A stretch of 61,645 nucleotides of DNA, filler included, from Choristocarpus tenellus KU-1152 (taxonomy: Eukaryota > Protista > Phaeophyceae), in assembly GCA_964200185.2 (NCBI GenBank). It is 13 parts of 13 records of this genome, joined end to end, with 100 filler letters (N's around TTAATTAATTAA, not from the genome) between each part and the next. Parts side by side here need not be neighbours in the genome. Positions count along the whole stretch, not along the records: positions 21,105 to 28,740 come from CAXNAD020005837.1; positions 28,841 to 31,769 come from CAXNAD020023583.1; positions 31,870 to 35,127 come from CAXNAD020021220.1; 10 more parts are not named here. One strand, 5' to 3'. This document shows positions 21,267-35,108 of this stretch, in pieces; position 1 is the stretch's first letter; each line of letters starts with the position of its first letter. The position numbers were made by a program, and so were the translations under genes. The notes beneath the pieces were generated by a model that did not search any database, was not told the origin of the DNA, and saw only the letters and a program-made list of their open reading frames with translations.

Positions 21267-24048
21267 CTGCCCCCACTCTGTGCACTCGTTGAGAGCAGCC
21301 AGCAGCTTCTGCAACACAGAGGTGCTTATCTGCATCACGTCTTTTCCCGACGTATCGCCTATCTCAGAAAGGGCTGCCACAGCATTAGCAACCACCTTCA
21401 AGAGGAACAGCACACATCGCCAAGAGTAAGGGAGAAACAGGTTATCATAATCGGTTGAGTGGAGGAACGGCGGCAGTTGTCACACAAAAATATATTTGAG
21501 AGGGGGGGAGCGAGACAAAGGGACTGTCCTTTGTTGGAAATGACAATAGGCGAAAGAAAGAAAGGTCATAGCATCTCACAGCATGAGAGGGTGGAGTGTG
21601 GATATTGTACCAAGTTGGAGCACTTTCTTGAGCTAACTTCAATCTCTAGAGGGGTAGGGGAGAGTGAGGATGGTACGCACCGTTGGATTTGGGTCGCAAA
21701 TGAGATCCCTCAGGACCTGAAGGAAGCCTTGATCTTCCACCAAGGCGGCATTGATGTCGTACAGCTTTGCCACACACACTGCCGCTGTCTTGCGTACGTA
21801 GGGATCCTGAGGAGAAAAAAAGAGGCAGTGTAACAAGCATCATGAGGTGTTAGGATGGCGGAAAGGGGGAGGGGGGGGCATTCCTCCTCTGCACACAAAA
21901 AGCCTTCTGGATTTCACTCGTTTAACCCCACCGCCTTTAACATCCAACAATAGATGCATGATTGTACATGGGATGAGCACAGCAATTAAATGCACACACA
22001 CACACACACACATCATAGGACCCCTTACCCACACACTGTCTCTCGGTCCACCCCAAGTCCTCCGAACCCACCCCACCAAAAAACACTCCTTGACATTCAC
22101 CCTTACCTTCCCCCTCACTGCAAAACCTCAATCCTACTTCCACCCACCCCCCTCCCCCCCCAAGGCAGTGCCTTCAGTCACATCCTCACCCCATACAGAA
22201 CCCCCATTCTTCCACCGTACTTGATTCTGCGCAGTGAAATGCCCACACCCACCTAACCCATAACCTACACCCCCCACTGCATTACCTCATCCCGCAGCGC
22301 CCGTCGAAGAGGCTCACAGAGATACTCTGTGATCTTCTCCACCCGGATACATCCCATTGTACGCACTGAAAGTGCCCGGATCAGAGGATTGGGATCGTTG
22401 GCATCCTTCACAAATGTATTGACCGCAAGCAACGTTTGGTCTGGCTGAGTCTTGGCGTAGTTGATGAGGTAAAGGTACACCAGCTTCTTCAGTTCAATGT
22501 TTTCTGTATGTTCATGTGTGTACCAATGGGTATAGGACCGTGCATCAAGGAGGGGGGCAAGAGCAGAGGCAAGAGTTTGGAGATGAGGGAGAGGTGAGAG
22601 AGGATGTGTTCGAATGTCACATAATAGCATACAAGTGAGGAAGGGCATCTACTCTCAAGTTCTTACCATTGGCTCAGAGTAGTGGAGAGTAGAGGCAAGT
22701 GGGAGCACTGGAAGGAAATAATGGATGACAAGTCAACAAACAATATCAAAGCTGGAAGGAGAGGACTCAATTTTGATACATAGTATTCTGTAGGGTGTTT
22801 GTGGTGTTGCTGGGCTGATGGGGTGTGCAGAGGGAGATGTTGGGCATTTCACCTGTCTGCATACAGTTCACGACATCAGTGAAAAGCATGGACACATCCT
22901 TGCCCACAGTCATGTTTGCAATAACCTGTTCATTAGTGGTTACACAAAACAGGGAGAGGGTGTAAGAGAGGAGAGATGAGGGACATGGGTGGGATTGAAA
23001 GTCCATCAAGTTCTACACACAACAGTTTCCTGCAAGAGGGAAAACAGGAATGGTTCGGCTTCAAATAATATATCCACCAGTCAAGTCCTTTCAACCAGTT
23101 CTACTTGGTCCTCCCAATGTCATTCTGGGGATCTACAATGTCAAAATTCAAGTCTTTATCACAATAATTGGCCCGTCACCCATTCGCATTCCTGATGATA
23201 AAGATTGGTGCCTTGAATAAACTTGCTTGTTCAGCTACATTGGCACTCCACAGTAGCAGTAATTTTGTCGTCAGCTGATAAAATGCTCCCCTTCCTGAAG
23301 AATGCGAGCATTTTCTCAGCCATTTCTAAAGGGGATAAATGCTATTCAAGGATAAGACAACTCTTCCAGGTTGGGCGATCTGGACAGGGACAACCAACCT
23401 TCTTTACAGCATCCTTCTTTTTGTCCCTGTGTGGGGAGTTTAACTCGAGGCGAAGTTCGTGTGTCTCTCCTGCAAGGATGATCATAGGAATTGTGCAGAG
23501 AGGTGATGTGAGTGGTAGCAGGGTTTGAGGGGTTGGACTTGAAGTGGACTCAAAAGTCTACATAAGCATCTGGCGCTCGATCACGATATGAAAATGGCAT
23601 CAGATCTATCCATAATCAATTTGAGACATACAATTTTAGGACCACGCTGTAAAATGCATTAGCGAGATGGCTGGGAGGACTGCCACTTAACATTTCGACT
23701 ACCTATGTTCAGCTCCTCTTCAAAAAGATCAACAAAATAGGAGTCGAGTCGCGCAACATCTACGTTTGTGTCCAATTTAGGAGAGGAAATTAAGCGACAT
23801 TAACTAGTGCGAAAATTTTCCGAACGTTTTACTCTATTCTCAGACCTCAGAATGACACAGCAACCTCTTCAGGCATCTAAAAGCCGATCGTTCAGCACAG
23901 GTTATCACAAAAAAACACTGCGAGAGCACAAAAGCCTACAGTGATAGATCAAACTGCAAGAGTCTTCCTTCGTCTACTTGCCTTTCTTTGTTGTGGTGAA
24001 GAATCGGGAGTCACTACCACCAGGTGCACGCACCGCCCTTCCAGCCAT
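21267..24048 (-). CDS. Adaptor protein complex AP-1/AP-2 beta subunit (beta-adaptin), N-terminal part, 3'-truncated by the contig end
   Basis: Exons: 24048-23982 (MAGR...FTTTKKG), 23469-23399 ([10 protein letters not shown]...DAVKK), 22925-22853 ([12 protein letters not shown]), 22503-22286 ([15 protein letters not shown]...[17 protein letters not shown]), 21806-21681 ([15 protein letters not shown]) and 21395-21267 (VVANAVAAL...LNECTEWGQ). These are hallmark beta1/2-adaptin motifs and the phases are consistent. Confidence 0.96.
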
Positions 24049-24615
24049 GTCTCCCTTCTTCCACCCTACTCCTCACAGCGGAATGTACAGTCGATAAACC
24101 GCACTTAATAGGAAATTGAGCTCACCAAGTCCTGCAGCAACCAACAGCCTGATATCAAAGGTGCACGCAGGGTAAAGGCCCAGTCGCTGCAGTCTTGTCA
24201 ACGACCAAAACCGAAAAGGACTTGACAAGGGAGGCAGGAACAAGCAAAGAATTTGGGTTTCGAATACAGGACCCTCCCAATCATTTGTCGAGATCCTACT
24301 TCTCTCGCGCGTACACCGCGCCGCACAATCGAATTCATTCTGTACATAATTCACCCCTCTCATTCTCTGATCTAGTCATCAACCACGATACACCTCTACT
24401 GACCAAAGTTGGTACATGTGTGTCTGGAGTAGAGAAGAATCACACATCGTACTTGTATTTTGATGTGTTTGTGATGTACTCTGGAGTAGGTAAATTTCAA
24501 CACAATTTGGAAGACTATGTATCTACTTGCTCCCCTTAACCACTTACTATAATACTGCGCTATTGTTGCACTATTATCATTTTAAGCATCGTAATACTAC
24601 ACACACTTGAATTAG

Positions 24616-24838
24616 TGATGTCTTGGGAAGGGATGGAGATTTGTGTATATACCTTATTTCGTCGTCCGTCCCCGCATTGTCTAGATGTCGGTGCTTCCGA
24701 ATGTCAGGTAGAAAGCCAGACATGAGAAGTCAAGAACACATTAAATATATATACACTCTGGAACTACGTACATACACGTGACAAATGTGTGTGTATGCTA
24801 TGCCAAAACTAAGAAGTCCCTTGACTCCAAGGATATCA
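24616..24838. mobile_element. Possible solo LTR
   Basis: TG...CA ends with an imperfect inverted repeat (TGATGTCTTGG / CCAAGGATATCA) and an internal TATA-like run. Flanks match only partly (ATTAG/ATTCT). Confidence 0.35.
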
Positions 24839-26647
24839 ATTCTTCAATCCTAAGGTAATGTACGCATGGTAGACGTTCCTCAGTTATACCATAGCAATCA
24901 GATGGGCCAGCGTCCTTTGTGAGGAAGTAGTCCTATGTATGCACCAAAAAAAGGACAGGGCAGGAGAAGCACTGGTGAATGTGTCCGCAAGATGACCTCA
25001 AAAAGTCTGGAATCGCAGCTACCTGAGGGATGGAGCAAAAGTGCAACAAACCAAAACAGGTGGTACATGTGTGTGTGTGGTGAAAAGCAAGCTTCATAGA
25101 TGAGTGGTAATCCAAGAAAGCTGTGGTGGCTGATGATGTGCTTTTGCTCTTTCTCCCCTGCTACGCCCCTGCTGCTCCTACCAGCGATTACTTCAAAAAT
25201 CTCAATTTGAGAAGTTTTGCATCCTTTTCCAAGTAACTATCACCAGCCAGCAAGGACTAGCTGTATTAAGGTATTATTGTATTCGTACTCTTACCCTATG
25301 CAATACACTCTATTTCATTTCTCCATGTATGTGCACAAAATATTGTCATTTCCCCTTCCGCACACAAAGTAGTACCATAATTGAGGGAAGACTCTTTCTG
25401 GAATCGTACAAAATTATATATTTTTGGTTTCTCGGGCATTATGCTGTTTGAGGTATACAAGTGTGATAAAGATCAATTAAGGCGGGTGAGTTAAAAGCAG
25501 GATTGCCCGTCATCACCATACCGCTCTCACTATACTGTTTGAGGTATTTTGTTATTATGCCCTCTGGCAATTTACAGATGTGTCAGGGGGGAAACCAATG
25601 AAAACTATACATGATATGTCGTTATTAGCCCTAAAGAAATAAAATATCCTAAACATAAGAACATTATAAAACATTGTAATATTGTATTATACGTTACTTT
25701 GTTTGCATTATGTATTACCGATGGCTTAGAATGCAAGAGGGTCCAAACCTACCTACCTCTCAATTGGTTTGGCTCACTACTACATAGTACACCATAACTC
25801 AATACCTCCTGCACTCCTCCCAAGTTCTCCTCCTTCCCTACTTATTATACGAGCTTCTTTTAATCAGGAGAGAAACATTGGCTCTTTTTATCTCAGGAAA
25901 CTCAGCTGGAAGCTAGATTTCGATTTGACAGATCGCCACCTTCGGCAGCATCCCACATAACTCCTTGATGATACAGTCAATTTACAGACGAATCTGATGA
26001 CCAAAACAGTATTTTAAATCATATGGAACTCTCTATATTATATTAGAACATATCGTAAACGGGGACTTCTATTTCTAATCCAAAATCGGCATTCCAGAGA
26101 TGTGAGCACATGAACTCATTTGTTTACGCAATGACCATATTTTTCAAGGCGTGTATACCTATTTTTGAGCATCTTGTCCTCCATAGTACAAATATAGTAC
26201 AAGTAATACTTGCAATCGCAAGAGCAATCAACACCACACCACCTATTTCCAATGATCTGACCCACCAGGTATCCTACCCAAGGATAAAAGAAGTAGTATT
26301 TATTACTATTTTGATAAAAAGCGAAAAACAAAACTAGAAATCAGTGCCCCTAATAGATGTAGGTTCATCTCGCAGTACTGGTGAGTGGAGCAAGAGGATG
26401 CTGTAGGAAAAGGGCTGTCAATTCCCGCTTGAGACAGATAGTGCCCATCACTCACAAGCGGCTCTCTCAAGACACATCATGTATTTCAAGGTTGAGACAC
26501 CAACCAGATGGGCAAGAAAATGCCTGTCAGTTTCTTGGGATTCTTCCCAACCTCCTTGCTCACCTTCATAGGACTAAGGTAGGTTTGAAGTATAGCGGAC
26601 TACACATTACTTTGTAGTTACCAATATTTCAAAGGGAACATCGTTGT

Positions 26648-26892
26648 AAGTCAAAGCAAGTGAGAGGTACCCAGAGTTGCATTTTTAGGATGCTGACAAA
26701 TGTATGCATTTTGCACAAATCGTGTAGGGAATTTTCTTGATTATGCCAAAAAAAATAAACAATAGAGAAATCAACCCTCTCAACAAGAAATTGTACTTCA
26801 TCCATAGAAATAATATGAATTGTAGAGGATTTATAATGTGGTTTAAAATGCAACATGACCAAAACCTGGGCACCTATCATTTAGTTTGGGTG
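26648..26892. mobile_element. MITE subfamily C, diverged
   Basis: AAGTCAAAGCAAGTGAGAGGTACCCAGAGTTGC ... AAAACCTGGGCACCT...TAGTTTGGGTG, homologous to 17595-17854. Confidence 0.8.
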
Positions 26893-28840
26893 TGTATTGT
26901 TATCATTTAAATAGTAAATATTTTTTATGGAGGTACTATTTGCATTAACGAATGCTACTACTACTTGTGTTATTTTAGGGGCTCTTCATAGGGCCAGCAA
27001 ATTTAAGTGGTCCCGTGCGACCACCAGGGTAGTTCCACGATCATACTTAACGTTTCCCGGTGTATGCCCACTTTGTGCTGATCTAGTCCATTTCCGTTGG
27101 CCCAACGTTGTCAAAGATTCTCTAACATGTCCAGTCCATGTCCACCAGGTATTACACTGGTCCATGTCCACTGACTGGTCCGGGTCTAGCCTCAAACATG
27201 TCAGGGTCATGTCCACTGGGAAATGTATTCGTCTGTGTCCGCCCAGCAGTCAGTCTAACCTTTTCGTTCCATGTCCGGATCATGACTCCCAGTCAGCCCA
27301 ACGAATATGAAGTTAGAATGTCAGGAGGGATACATGCACGATTTTTTAACAATATACTTGCTATTTAAACATTAGAGGCTTGACAAATGAATGTATATTG
27401 TCAAGAATCATCTTGAAATCACAAATCACCTCAGCCATACCTAAACTCCAAACACACAAGCTTGCTCTCGTGTTCAATTTGGAATATTTAGTGCTCTCTA
27501 AATTTGTAAATTGGAAAAGAATACAGAAATATCAATATCACATTACATCCAGTACTTACAATAGTATTACAAGATTCAAGATACACATAGAGTGAATAGT
27601 AAATAGGGAGGCATGGCGATGATGAGGTAGGCCCGAGTGCCAAAAAAATATTATCTGGCTGGCCGTGTACAACCAAGTTGGAGTATGGCCCAACCCATAA
27701 CCATCACTACTCAACCTAACCAGGGTGGGTGCTTGTTCATGTTATAAGGTGGTACCAGAAGCTTTGTCATCTGTGGTAGTTCTGCTTTTTTTCACCGGAA
27801 CGCCGCAACAGATATACAACAATATATATATATATATGTATCAAATGAAAGCTTATGACAAGACATTTTGAAGATTTGTATCCATGAATGTCCTAACTTC
27901 GGTGAACGGGAACTATGTCCCAATAAAATAATGGGAAAACGCGGGGGAATATCTCCGGCACAATTTTGAAGGTCACGACTTCAAAATGTTAAAAAATGAA
28001 GTGGTTGGCTGAACTCCTTGCAGAAAACTGGTCCAGGTTAGATCGCTGCCCAAGTTTGGCTGGTGCGGCCCTCACCGAAAAAAAAGTAGAAAACCCACCC
28101 AAGATTTTCCTCTTTTTAACGCCTTTTCCAGACTTTTTGTGAGCACACACACACGTGACTTACATAACAAAATGAACCACAACGGTGAGACAAGGTGAGC
28201 CGCGGAGGCCACTCTGCCCTCTGGATCTACCCTCGGCACCTTCTCCGTCGAGAGGGGCCGGAAAAACAAGTACCGTGTGAAACTCCGTGCGATGTTAGGT
28301 GACGAAAAAGTGCGAGTTGTGTGGCGCAGCAGCATGATCGAATCGCGAAATGGACCACGCACTCGCGACACTGACGCTGAGAGAAGATGCATTGAAAGCA
28401 TTACCACACAAACGTGGTTGGATCTTCAACCACGTCGGAGCACTGCTCTGCAGTCTCTGCCGCCTTGGGAAAGCAGGAAGAGAACAGCGAGTCCATCACC
28501 AGGTGTGGTACAATGATGAAGTCTATGGGGAAGCCTGATCATGGCAGGTGAAGGGAGAACCAAAGTGGCCGCCCGAAGGGGAGATTGGGGAGGAGAGCAG
28601 TGCGACTACGTGCCATTGCGCTCAGGAAACGCCTAAACGAAAACCCGGGTGTAGAATATCTTAGTAGTCGACAGTTGCAGCAAGCCCTAGCTGTTTGGAA
28701 GCTATGTGAGCCAGAGTGGCTCAGGAAACGAGAAAGAAGGNNNNNNNNNNNNNNNNNNNNNNNNNNNNNNNNNNNNNNNNNNNNTTAATTAATTAANNNN
28801 NNNNNNNNNNNNNNNNNNNNNNNNNNNNNNNNNNNNNNNN

Positions 28841-28949
28841 TTTGTTGGGTGGAAAAAAAAAATTCACTTTCCCTGGCCAGGGCCCAAACGGACCCCCCGG
28901 GGTGGACCCCCCCCCCCCCCCCCCCCCCCCTCCCCGGATACTTTGAGTT
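28841..28949. mobile_element. MITE subfamily B fragment at a contig start; others at 31870-31938, 38347-38562, 41366-41394, about 43590-43706, 45589-45662, about 46060-46191, about 60715-60744 and about 61593-61645
   Basis: Each shows (C)n-AGATACTTTG-RSY and/or the GTCTACACCAG..GTCCATTTGG core. Confidence 0.8.
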
Positions 28950-30660
28950 AGATTGAACCGGCGTGAAAAACCTTCTTGTATGTACTCAAAACAATATCAA
29001 AACGCGCGTTTGAACGCATAATGCGAGCGGAATGAATTGCCGAGCGCCATGGGGCACTGCATGGAAATTCTACCAGATCGTGCTGTATGTGTAAGCATGA
29101 GAAAAGAACCAATCAAGTCCAACCTCTCAGTTGTCAATTTCTACTATCTTTGATGTAAGATGGAATTGTAGTGATTCATTTTATTTTATTTTTGCACTCT
29201 GCACACCGACCATACGTACGGGTTAGGAGTTCTCAAAGCTGGTTTTATCGAGTGTCAGCTGGTATTTGACATTTGACACTGTTGTGACTGCTGGGTCGCT
29301 CACTTGCTGCACCTCAGATCAAGTACGCAGCACAAATAGGTCATCTGTGACAGGATCATCATCCCTATCCTGGGCCCTCATTTATTTTAGGAAGGACTCT
29401 AGTAAAGCCAAGTCCTACATCAATCGTTTCCACTACCTTGGCATCTCTATTTAAGTATGTATAGTATAGGATATTAGAAATGCACCTTCCGTAGCGGGCA
29501 TGTAAACGGTTAACGGCACGTTTTGGAAAGTTTACTTGTTAGCACCACCCTTTGTCAAGAGCAATGCTGCAAATGAATTGAGGAATTCTATTGCCAAGGC
29601 ATCTTAGACCCCCTTTTGTTCTGAACTTCAACTTGCTACCAAAATGTATTTCCCGTCAGTGTTACACTCGGAAGGTTATCATGCACTACTTCATAGATTG
29701 ATGGACAAATAAATGGAAAGGCTGGGACCTTATTGCTATAGTATGTGGTGTACGCATTTAGTTGCATGGAAAGTACTCTGCTGTGAAGTTGCACAGAAGT
29801 ATCGACAGGTAGAGCACACACACCCCTATTCTGGATGTGTTCACATCTATGCATGCTTTTCTTATTGATGTTGTATGTAGTGAACTGAAAGACTAGCGTA
29901 GAATAGTGAACTGGTACCATTATTATCCACCGCATCTGATTAATTGCAATTAATTTTTTGGTTATTCTGCAAGTCATCTGCACACATGCGCCTCCAGAGG
30001 TTCCTGATTTTTTGTCGTGGACGCCTCCAAAGGCTAATATGTACACACTTGTGTGATGTTAGCCTCGAGAAATTTTGCCTGCTGTGGAGTCCCTCGCCAG
30101 TCGGAGGCCTCTTTTTTCCTAAGCTATGCATGCCGCTCTCGCTCGCCGCACGTTTGCACCTTGCCCTGCGTTATGAACCAACACAATTTTTGGCGATTAT
30201 TCCACAAGGGCTGAACTGATTAAATTGTAACTTGCGAATCCTCTTCTTGGTTTCCAACTATAAATGCATGACTGTATGCAAAAATCGGTTTGAGAATTTA
30301 AATATACGTAACTGTACTGCAATCGAAACGTACGTACGCAGCCCACGAATTGAGGCACATGAAGTGCTGAGCCTGGCGAGCAGAGCATGCGGCATGTGTT
30401 TACGCAAAAACGACGCCAATCGAAAATCACCGCGCAGTTTTCGGTTTCAGCTTAATAATCGCAATTTAATCAAATTTGCAGAAATTCAAACACTATGTTA
30501 CGATTCGCGTAACTACTTTTAAATCGCAATGCCTCCCCACAAGACCACCACTAAAAAAGGTCAATGTGTAGGACTGCACAGCTTAGCACCATGAAGATGA
30601 GACCATGACTGCCACAATAAAAAGAACTGCAACACTCCCTCAAACGACCACATTACGCAG

Positions 30661-31002
30661 GTCCGACACACCCTGAAAAAACTCCTAGAAGCACGGAGCG
30701 GAACATCCCCCAGATCCGCCATGGAGCCACTTCCTGACATCACATTCATCACAGGAACAGGGTCGGGCTCACGTCTTGGGGGTGCTCAACATCACCGTCA
30801 AAGTCTTGTTGGAGGCAACAGCAGTAACGGTGGAGCTGCTGTTGCAGCAAAATACAATCTTGGGCGACTTGTGATCGAGGCGCTCAGGGTGGAGTATAAT
30901 CCACCACTGAGGGCCTATGTACCAGAGCGCATGATCGGCTGCCTTGTAGTTCCTGGAGAAAACCTATCCAAATGGGTAGAGGCACAGACAAGACCAGCTT
31001 AG
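30661..31002 (+). CDS. Terminal exon encoding most of an SMR (small MutS-related) domain, probably from a PPR-SMR-type protein
   Basis: Acceptor cattacgcag|GTC at 30660/61. Translation VRHTLKKLL...DITFITGTGSGS...LVIEALR...PPL...GCLVV...W..* matches the SMR IITG.G..S and GRL.V pattern. The upstream DLH exon was not found in this contig. Confidence 0.65.
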   Translation, partial: VRHTLKKLLEARSGTSPRSAMEPLPDITFITGTGSGSRLGGAQHHRQSLVGGNSSNGGAAVAAKYNLGRLVIEALRVEYNPPLRAYVPERMIGCLVVPGENLSKWVEAQTRPA

Positions 31003-32714
31003 TGACAGGGGTGTAAATAACAAGGTGCATTTAATTCAAGGCTTCACACACTTTCCAACTAAGCGAGGGATTGAGTCAGTTATCCAGGGTTTGTGCCTGG
31101 TGCCCACACTACAGATATTATATTAAAGAAGGAAATGGACACCAAACGGCAACTCGTACCCTCTGCCTAGAGTTCAGACTATTGATTTTGACAGTTACCT
31201 TTTCTGACAATGCCGTGCTTTGCTGAAAGGGATGTTTGCAGGCAGAGCACAAGGAATCCTGGAGTTTATTTGTTGTGCAGATTGGTCGCTACACTCAATC
31301 AAGCGAGTTGCACACTCCAGTGCAACTCATGTAGGTCTCCTGTAGGGAGAAGACTGAAGACAACCTGCCAGGTAGACAGGGTATCTTTCACAGGTAGTGA
31401 GCCACATGTTGGTCAACACAACACTCATAACATGGTTTCAACACTTGGTGTTAATATTTTGGAAGTGTTACGGGATACAGCAGTGTGTTTAGTATGTTTT
31501 AAACTCAAGCTACAGGACGTAATACATCCTTCGAATGATTACATACTAGTATACACTACATACAGTTCAGTGTGTTTCCGACTTATACAGGACAAGTTAC
31601 GTATGCTGTGCATGTTCTCCATTCAAGTGTTAAAAGGACGTAACGAATGAAATGAACTGGCATACTTCGAGGTATTATTGCGTACTAAAGAGCCAAAGTA
31701 TCTTAGAGGGTAGATTCGCGTCCATTTGGGGGGGCCAAAAGCCAACGTTGCAATTTTGATGTAATTTTGNNNNNNNNNNNNNNNNNNNNNNNNNNNNNNN
31801 NNNNNNNNNNNNNTTAATTAATTAANNNNNNNNNNNNNNNNNNNNNNNNNNNNNNNNNNNNNNNNNNNNTTTTCCGATTTTTGTCCCCAATGGACCCCCT
31901 GTGGTAGCCCCCCCCCCCCCCCCCAGATACTTTGGGTCGGGAGTGAGTTTGTAGGGGGCTTTGCCTCCCTTTCTTTATTACTATTATTATGATGAGTTCC
32001 CAGAATCTACCCTGTTCTTTGGTACACTCTCGAGGTGGGTGGTGGTGTGGTGTTATTTTCATATCTAATTATTCCAAGTTTGCAAAGGGGACTTACGAGC
32101 ACATTCCCAGGTACAAAATCCGGCTCACAGGATAATATAATACCAGAAAGATTCGAACGGTATTGTCACTGAGCTTCAACCTACAAGATAGTGCTTCTCC
32201 TCCATGTTTCATTTCATTGATATGGTTGTGTCTTTCATTATATTTCTTCATGCTTCATTTCTTTCATGCATGTTTTGTATACACCAAACGTGCTAAAACA
32301 ACGCCCAGCAGTTTTGGGTCGAAGACAGGGGCAACATACATGAATAACATTTGTTGACAATAGTTAGCAGCAGCTCCCATGGAAAATATGTATCCGGGTA
32401 CAAAGTATAGTAGATAGTTCCCATCTGCTTAATATATGCATGTGTCCATTAGCACGAGTGACAGAATAATGATAGTCTTCACCAAATATTCATACACACA
32501 TGTGCCACATAATATCTTCACCCTTACATGTTGCATACTTTCATACACATTACCACCACTGGCTTGGTGTCCACCTTGATGCAACTTCGAATATATACGG
32601 AAATACTATGACACACACGAGAAGACAAAGTCATCCCTTTCATCTCATACTTGTGACGATGGAGACAAAGGCAAATATATACTTCGAAAGTATACATGTA
32701 TTTCGTTTTTAGTT

Positions 32715-33160
32715 CGAACCAACTGAGAGGTAGGCAGGGTTGCACTTTGAGATTCCCAAGAAAGGGCAAAGAGATAACTCTCTGTACAATCGCAGAAAGA
32801 GGCTTTGCTTAATTGTCGTGTCATTTTGTGCGTAGAAGAAAGAGAGAATATCGATTTTCAGTAAAATGTTGTGCAGTTTGAAGTAACGAAATCGAGTGTA
32901 TTGAGTCAAACGAATTCACGAGTAGGCAGTTTTGGAACCTTTTGCATTCTAAGCCATCTTTTTTACCCTGTGCAGTACACTTTATTTCATTGCCTTATGT
33001 GCACAATAGTGTACGTAAAATTGATATTCCCCCTTTCCACGCAACAAGTGACACAACAATTCAGCCAACTCTCTTTCTCTGAAATGGTACAAAATGGGTA
33101 ACTTTTTACCCATTCTCGGGATATATAAAATGCAACCTTGCCTACATCTCATTTTACTCA
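32715..33160. mobile_element. MITE subfamily D (about 440 bp); partial second copy at about 48070-48325
   Basis: Inverted repeat GAGAGGTAGGCAGGGTTGCA / TGCAACCTTGCCTACATCTC. 32915-33150 aligns with 48070-48310, which ends in ...TTTTACTTTGGAGT. Confidence 0.72.
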
Positions 33161-34927
33161 ATGCACAGAGTAAGAAAGATGACTTGGAAAACAAAAGGGT
33201 CCAAACTCAAATCACTTGGCTCTGTCATCTCCCTGTATATACTATTTGCACTCTACCAACCCACAATCTTTTTCAACGGAACATACATCACAATATCACT
33301 GAATCCATAGGCGCTGTGATTATTTTTGTCCCATCACAACTGTGATGTGTCTCCCAAAACATCCAATCATTTCTCCTTTCTGGAAATATTCATTTTTGCC
33401 TTTTCCAAAACATGCGTCTTACCTTACCTCTTTAGGGCTACACCTCCTCCATCACGGAATTTCGTTATCTCCTTCAACATTTACTTAAATAGCATGGTTT
33501 CAAATAATTATATCAACATCCACAATATTCATAATCGTCATCATAACATATTCACAACCACACAATCTATGTCCTCCTTAACCTTCCCAGCAAGGACTAC
33601 CAGATTTATCTATATTCATGAAGCGTGGTCTGCCATCTGTACTTTGACGATCCCCAGTCAAAGGGTGCACACACGGTATACATATAGTATATATATGACG
33701 TTGTAGGAACAGGGACAATGCACAGCATACGTGACCAATACAAACGTAAAATCGTTGCTCTTCCAAAAATGACCTCATCCTCATGACAGCCTCCTAGGTT
33801 GAACAAATGTGTCAATCTGCTGTTTTCCTCTTTGTGTACTCCTCGTGGTTGCTTGCTCAACAGGAAAACCAGAATTCAGATGAGCGAGCAAGAATAATAA
33901 AACTAAAACTCTACCCTGCTCAAACCCTGTTAAATATCATTTCCGAAAAACATTATAACAAAGGATCGAGCAAGACCCTCTTTCCCTTCTTATTGACAAA
34001 AATATAAGAATCAAAATATATCCTGCAAACTGTAACGTATTATATACATAAAAATTGGAATGATCTGCCCATTCACGTGAGATTGTTTCGTAGGAAAAAG
34101 TGAAAATGTCCATGGTCTCGTTTTCCCTACATAACAAACCCCAATTCAACTCATCGCCCATGAAAATAATAAGTATACTTCCTATTACATCTTCCCTCCT
34201 TCTGTATACTGTGCCTTCCACTATAACAACCTTCCTTGGAAAAAAATCTGTTCATTACGTCACATTAGCCTCCAGAATCTCCTTCTGTTTACACATATTG
34301 TTATATCTAAGTACATCTTCTATGGACCGTTTACCTTAATTAATATGCACAGAGAAGCGTCGAAATTTTGAAAATTGAAAAAGTTGTCATAGTGTTCAAA
34401 ATGTTAACGGTTTATACTTTTTCACATCAACAAACATCATTTTTGCACACCACACCATGTTAAACATGTTTTATACTGCTCCCCCATATGGACATGTCAC
34501 AACTGATACCGAAAGTGGTGGCGCTCAGCAATGCATATCACCTCTCTTGGGACCGCCAAGCCCGAGACTGTCCTTTGTTCACTGTGGTGATCATTGGATG
34601 GGTACACCATCCTCGTCCTACTAACCAAGTCTCTCCCCTTGGAACCATCAGTCATGATACCCGCATAATAACTTGTTGTTATCGGATAATCTTCCAATTG
34701 TAGGGATGGACACACACCTATTTGAACCGTGGGGAAGAGAGCCGTCATCAGTCCTGTCACTCACCTGTCAGTGCAATCTAGCATATCCAGAATGTGCATT
34801 CCTGCTGTGCAGAAGTGTCCCACTTCCAACACAATAGAGTTTATACAATTATATATTTCGTGGTGGAATGGTGCAGAATAGTATAAGAGAGGAATGCAAA
34901 ATAAGTGATTGAGACGATAGTACAACG

Positions 34928-35108
34928 GACTCAAAGTGTCTGGGATGGTGGTGGCGGCTGTTCATTTGGGGCCCATTTTTCCATGTCGCCATTTTTGGGT
35001 GATTTGGATTGCATGCGTCGGAGGGATAATGTAAGTGCTCTTTCCTTGTCAGGGCCTAAATGGACACTCTGGTGTAGACCACCCCCCCACCCCAAGATAC
35101 TTTGATCC
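34928..35108. mobile_element. MITE subfamily B, complete, 181 bp
   Basis: GACTCAAAGTGTCTGGG ... CCCCAAGATACTTTGATCC. Flanks AACG/AACA. Confidence 0.88.
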
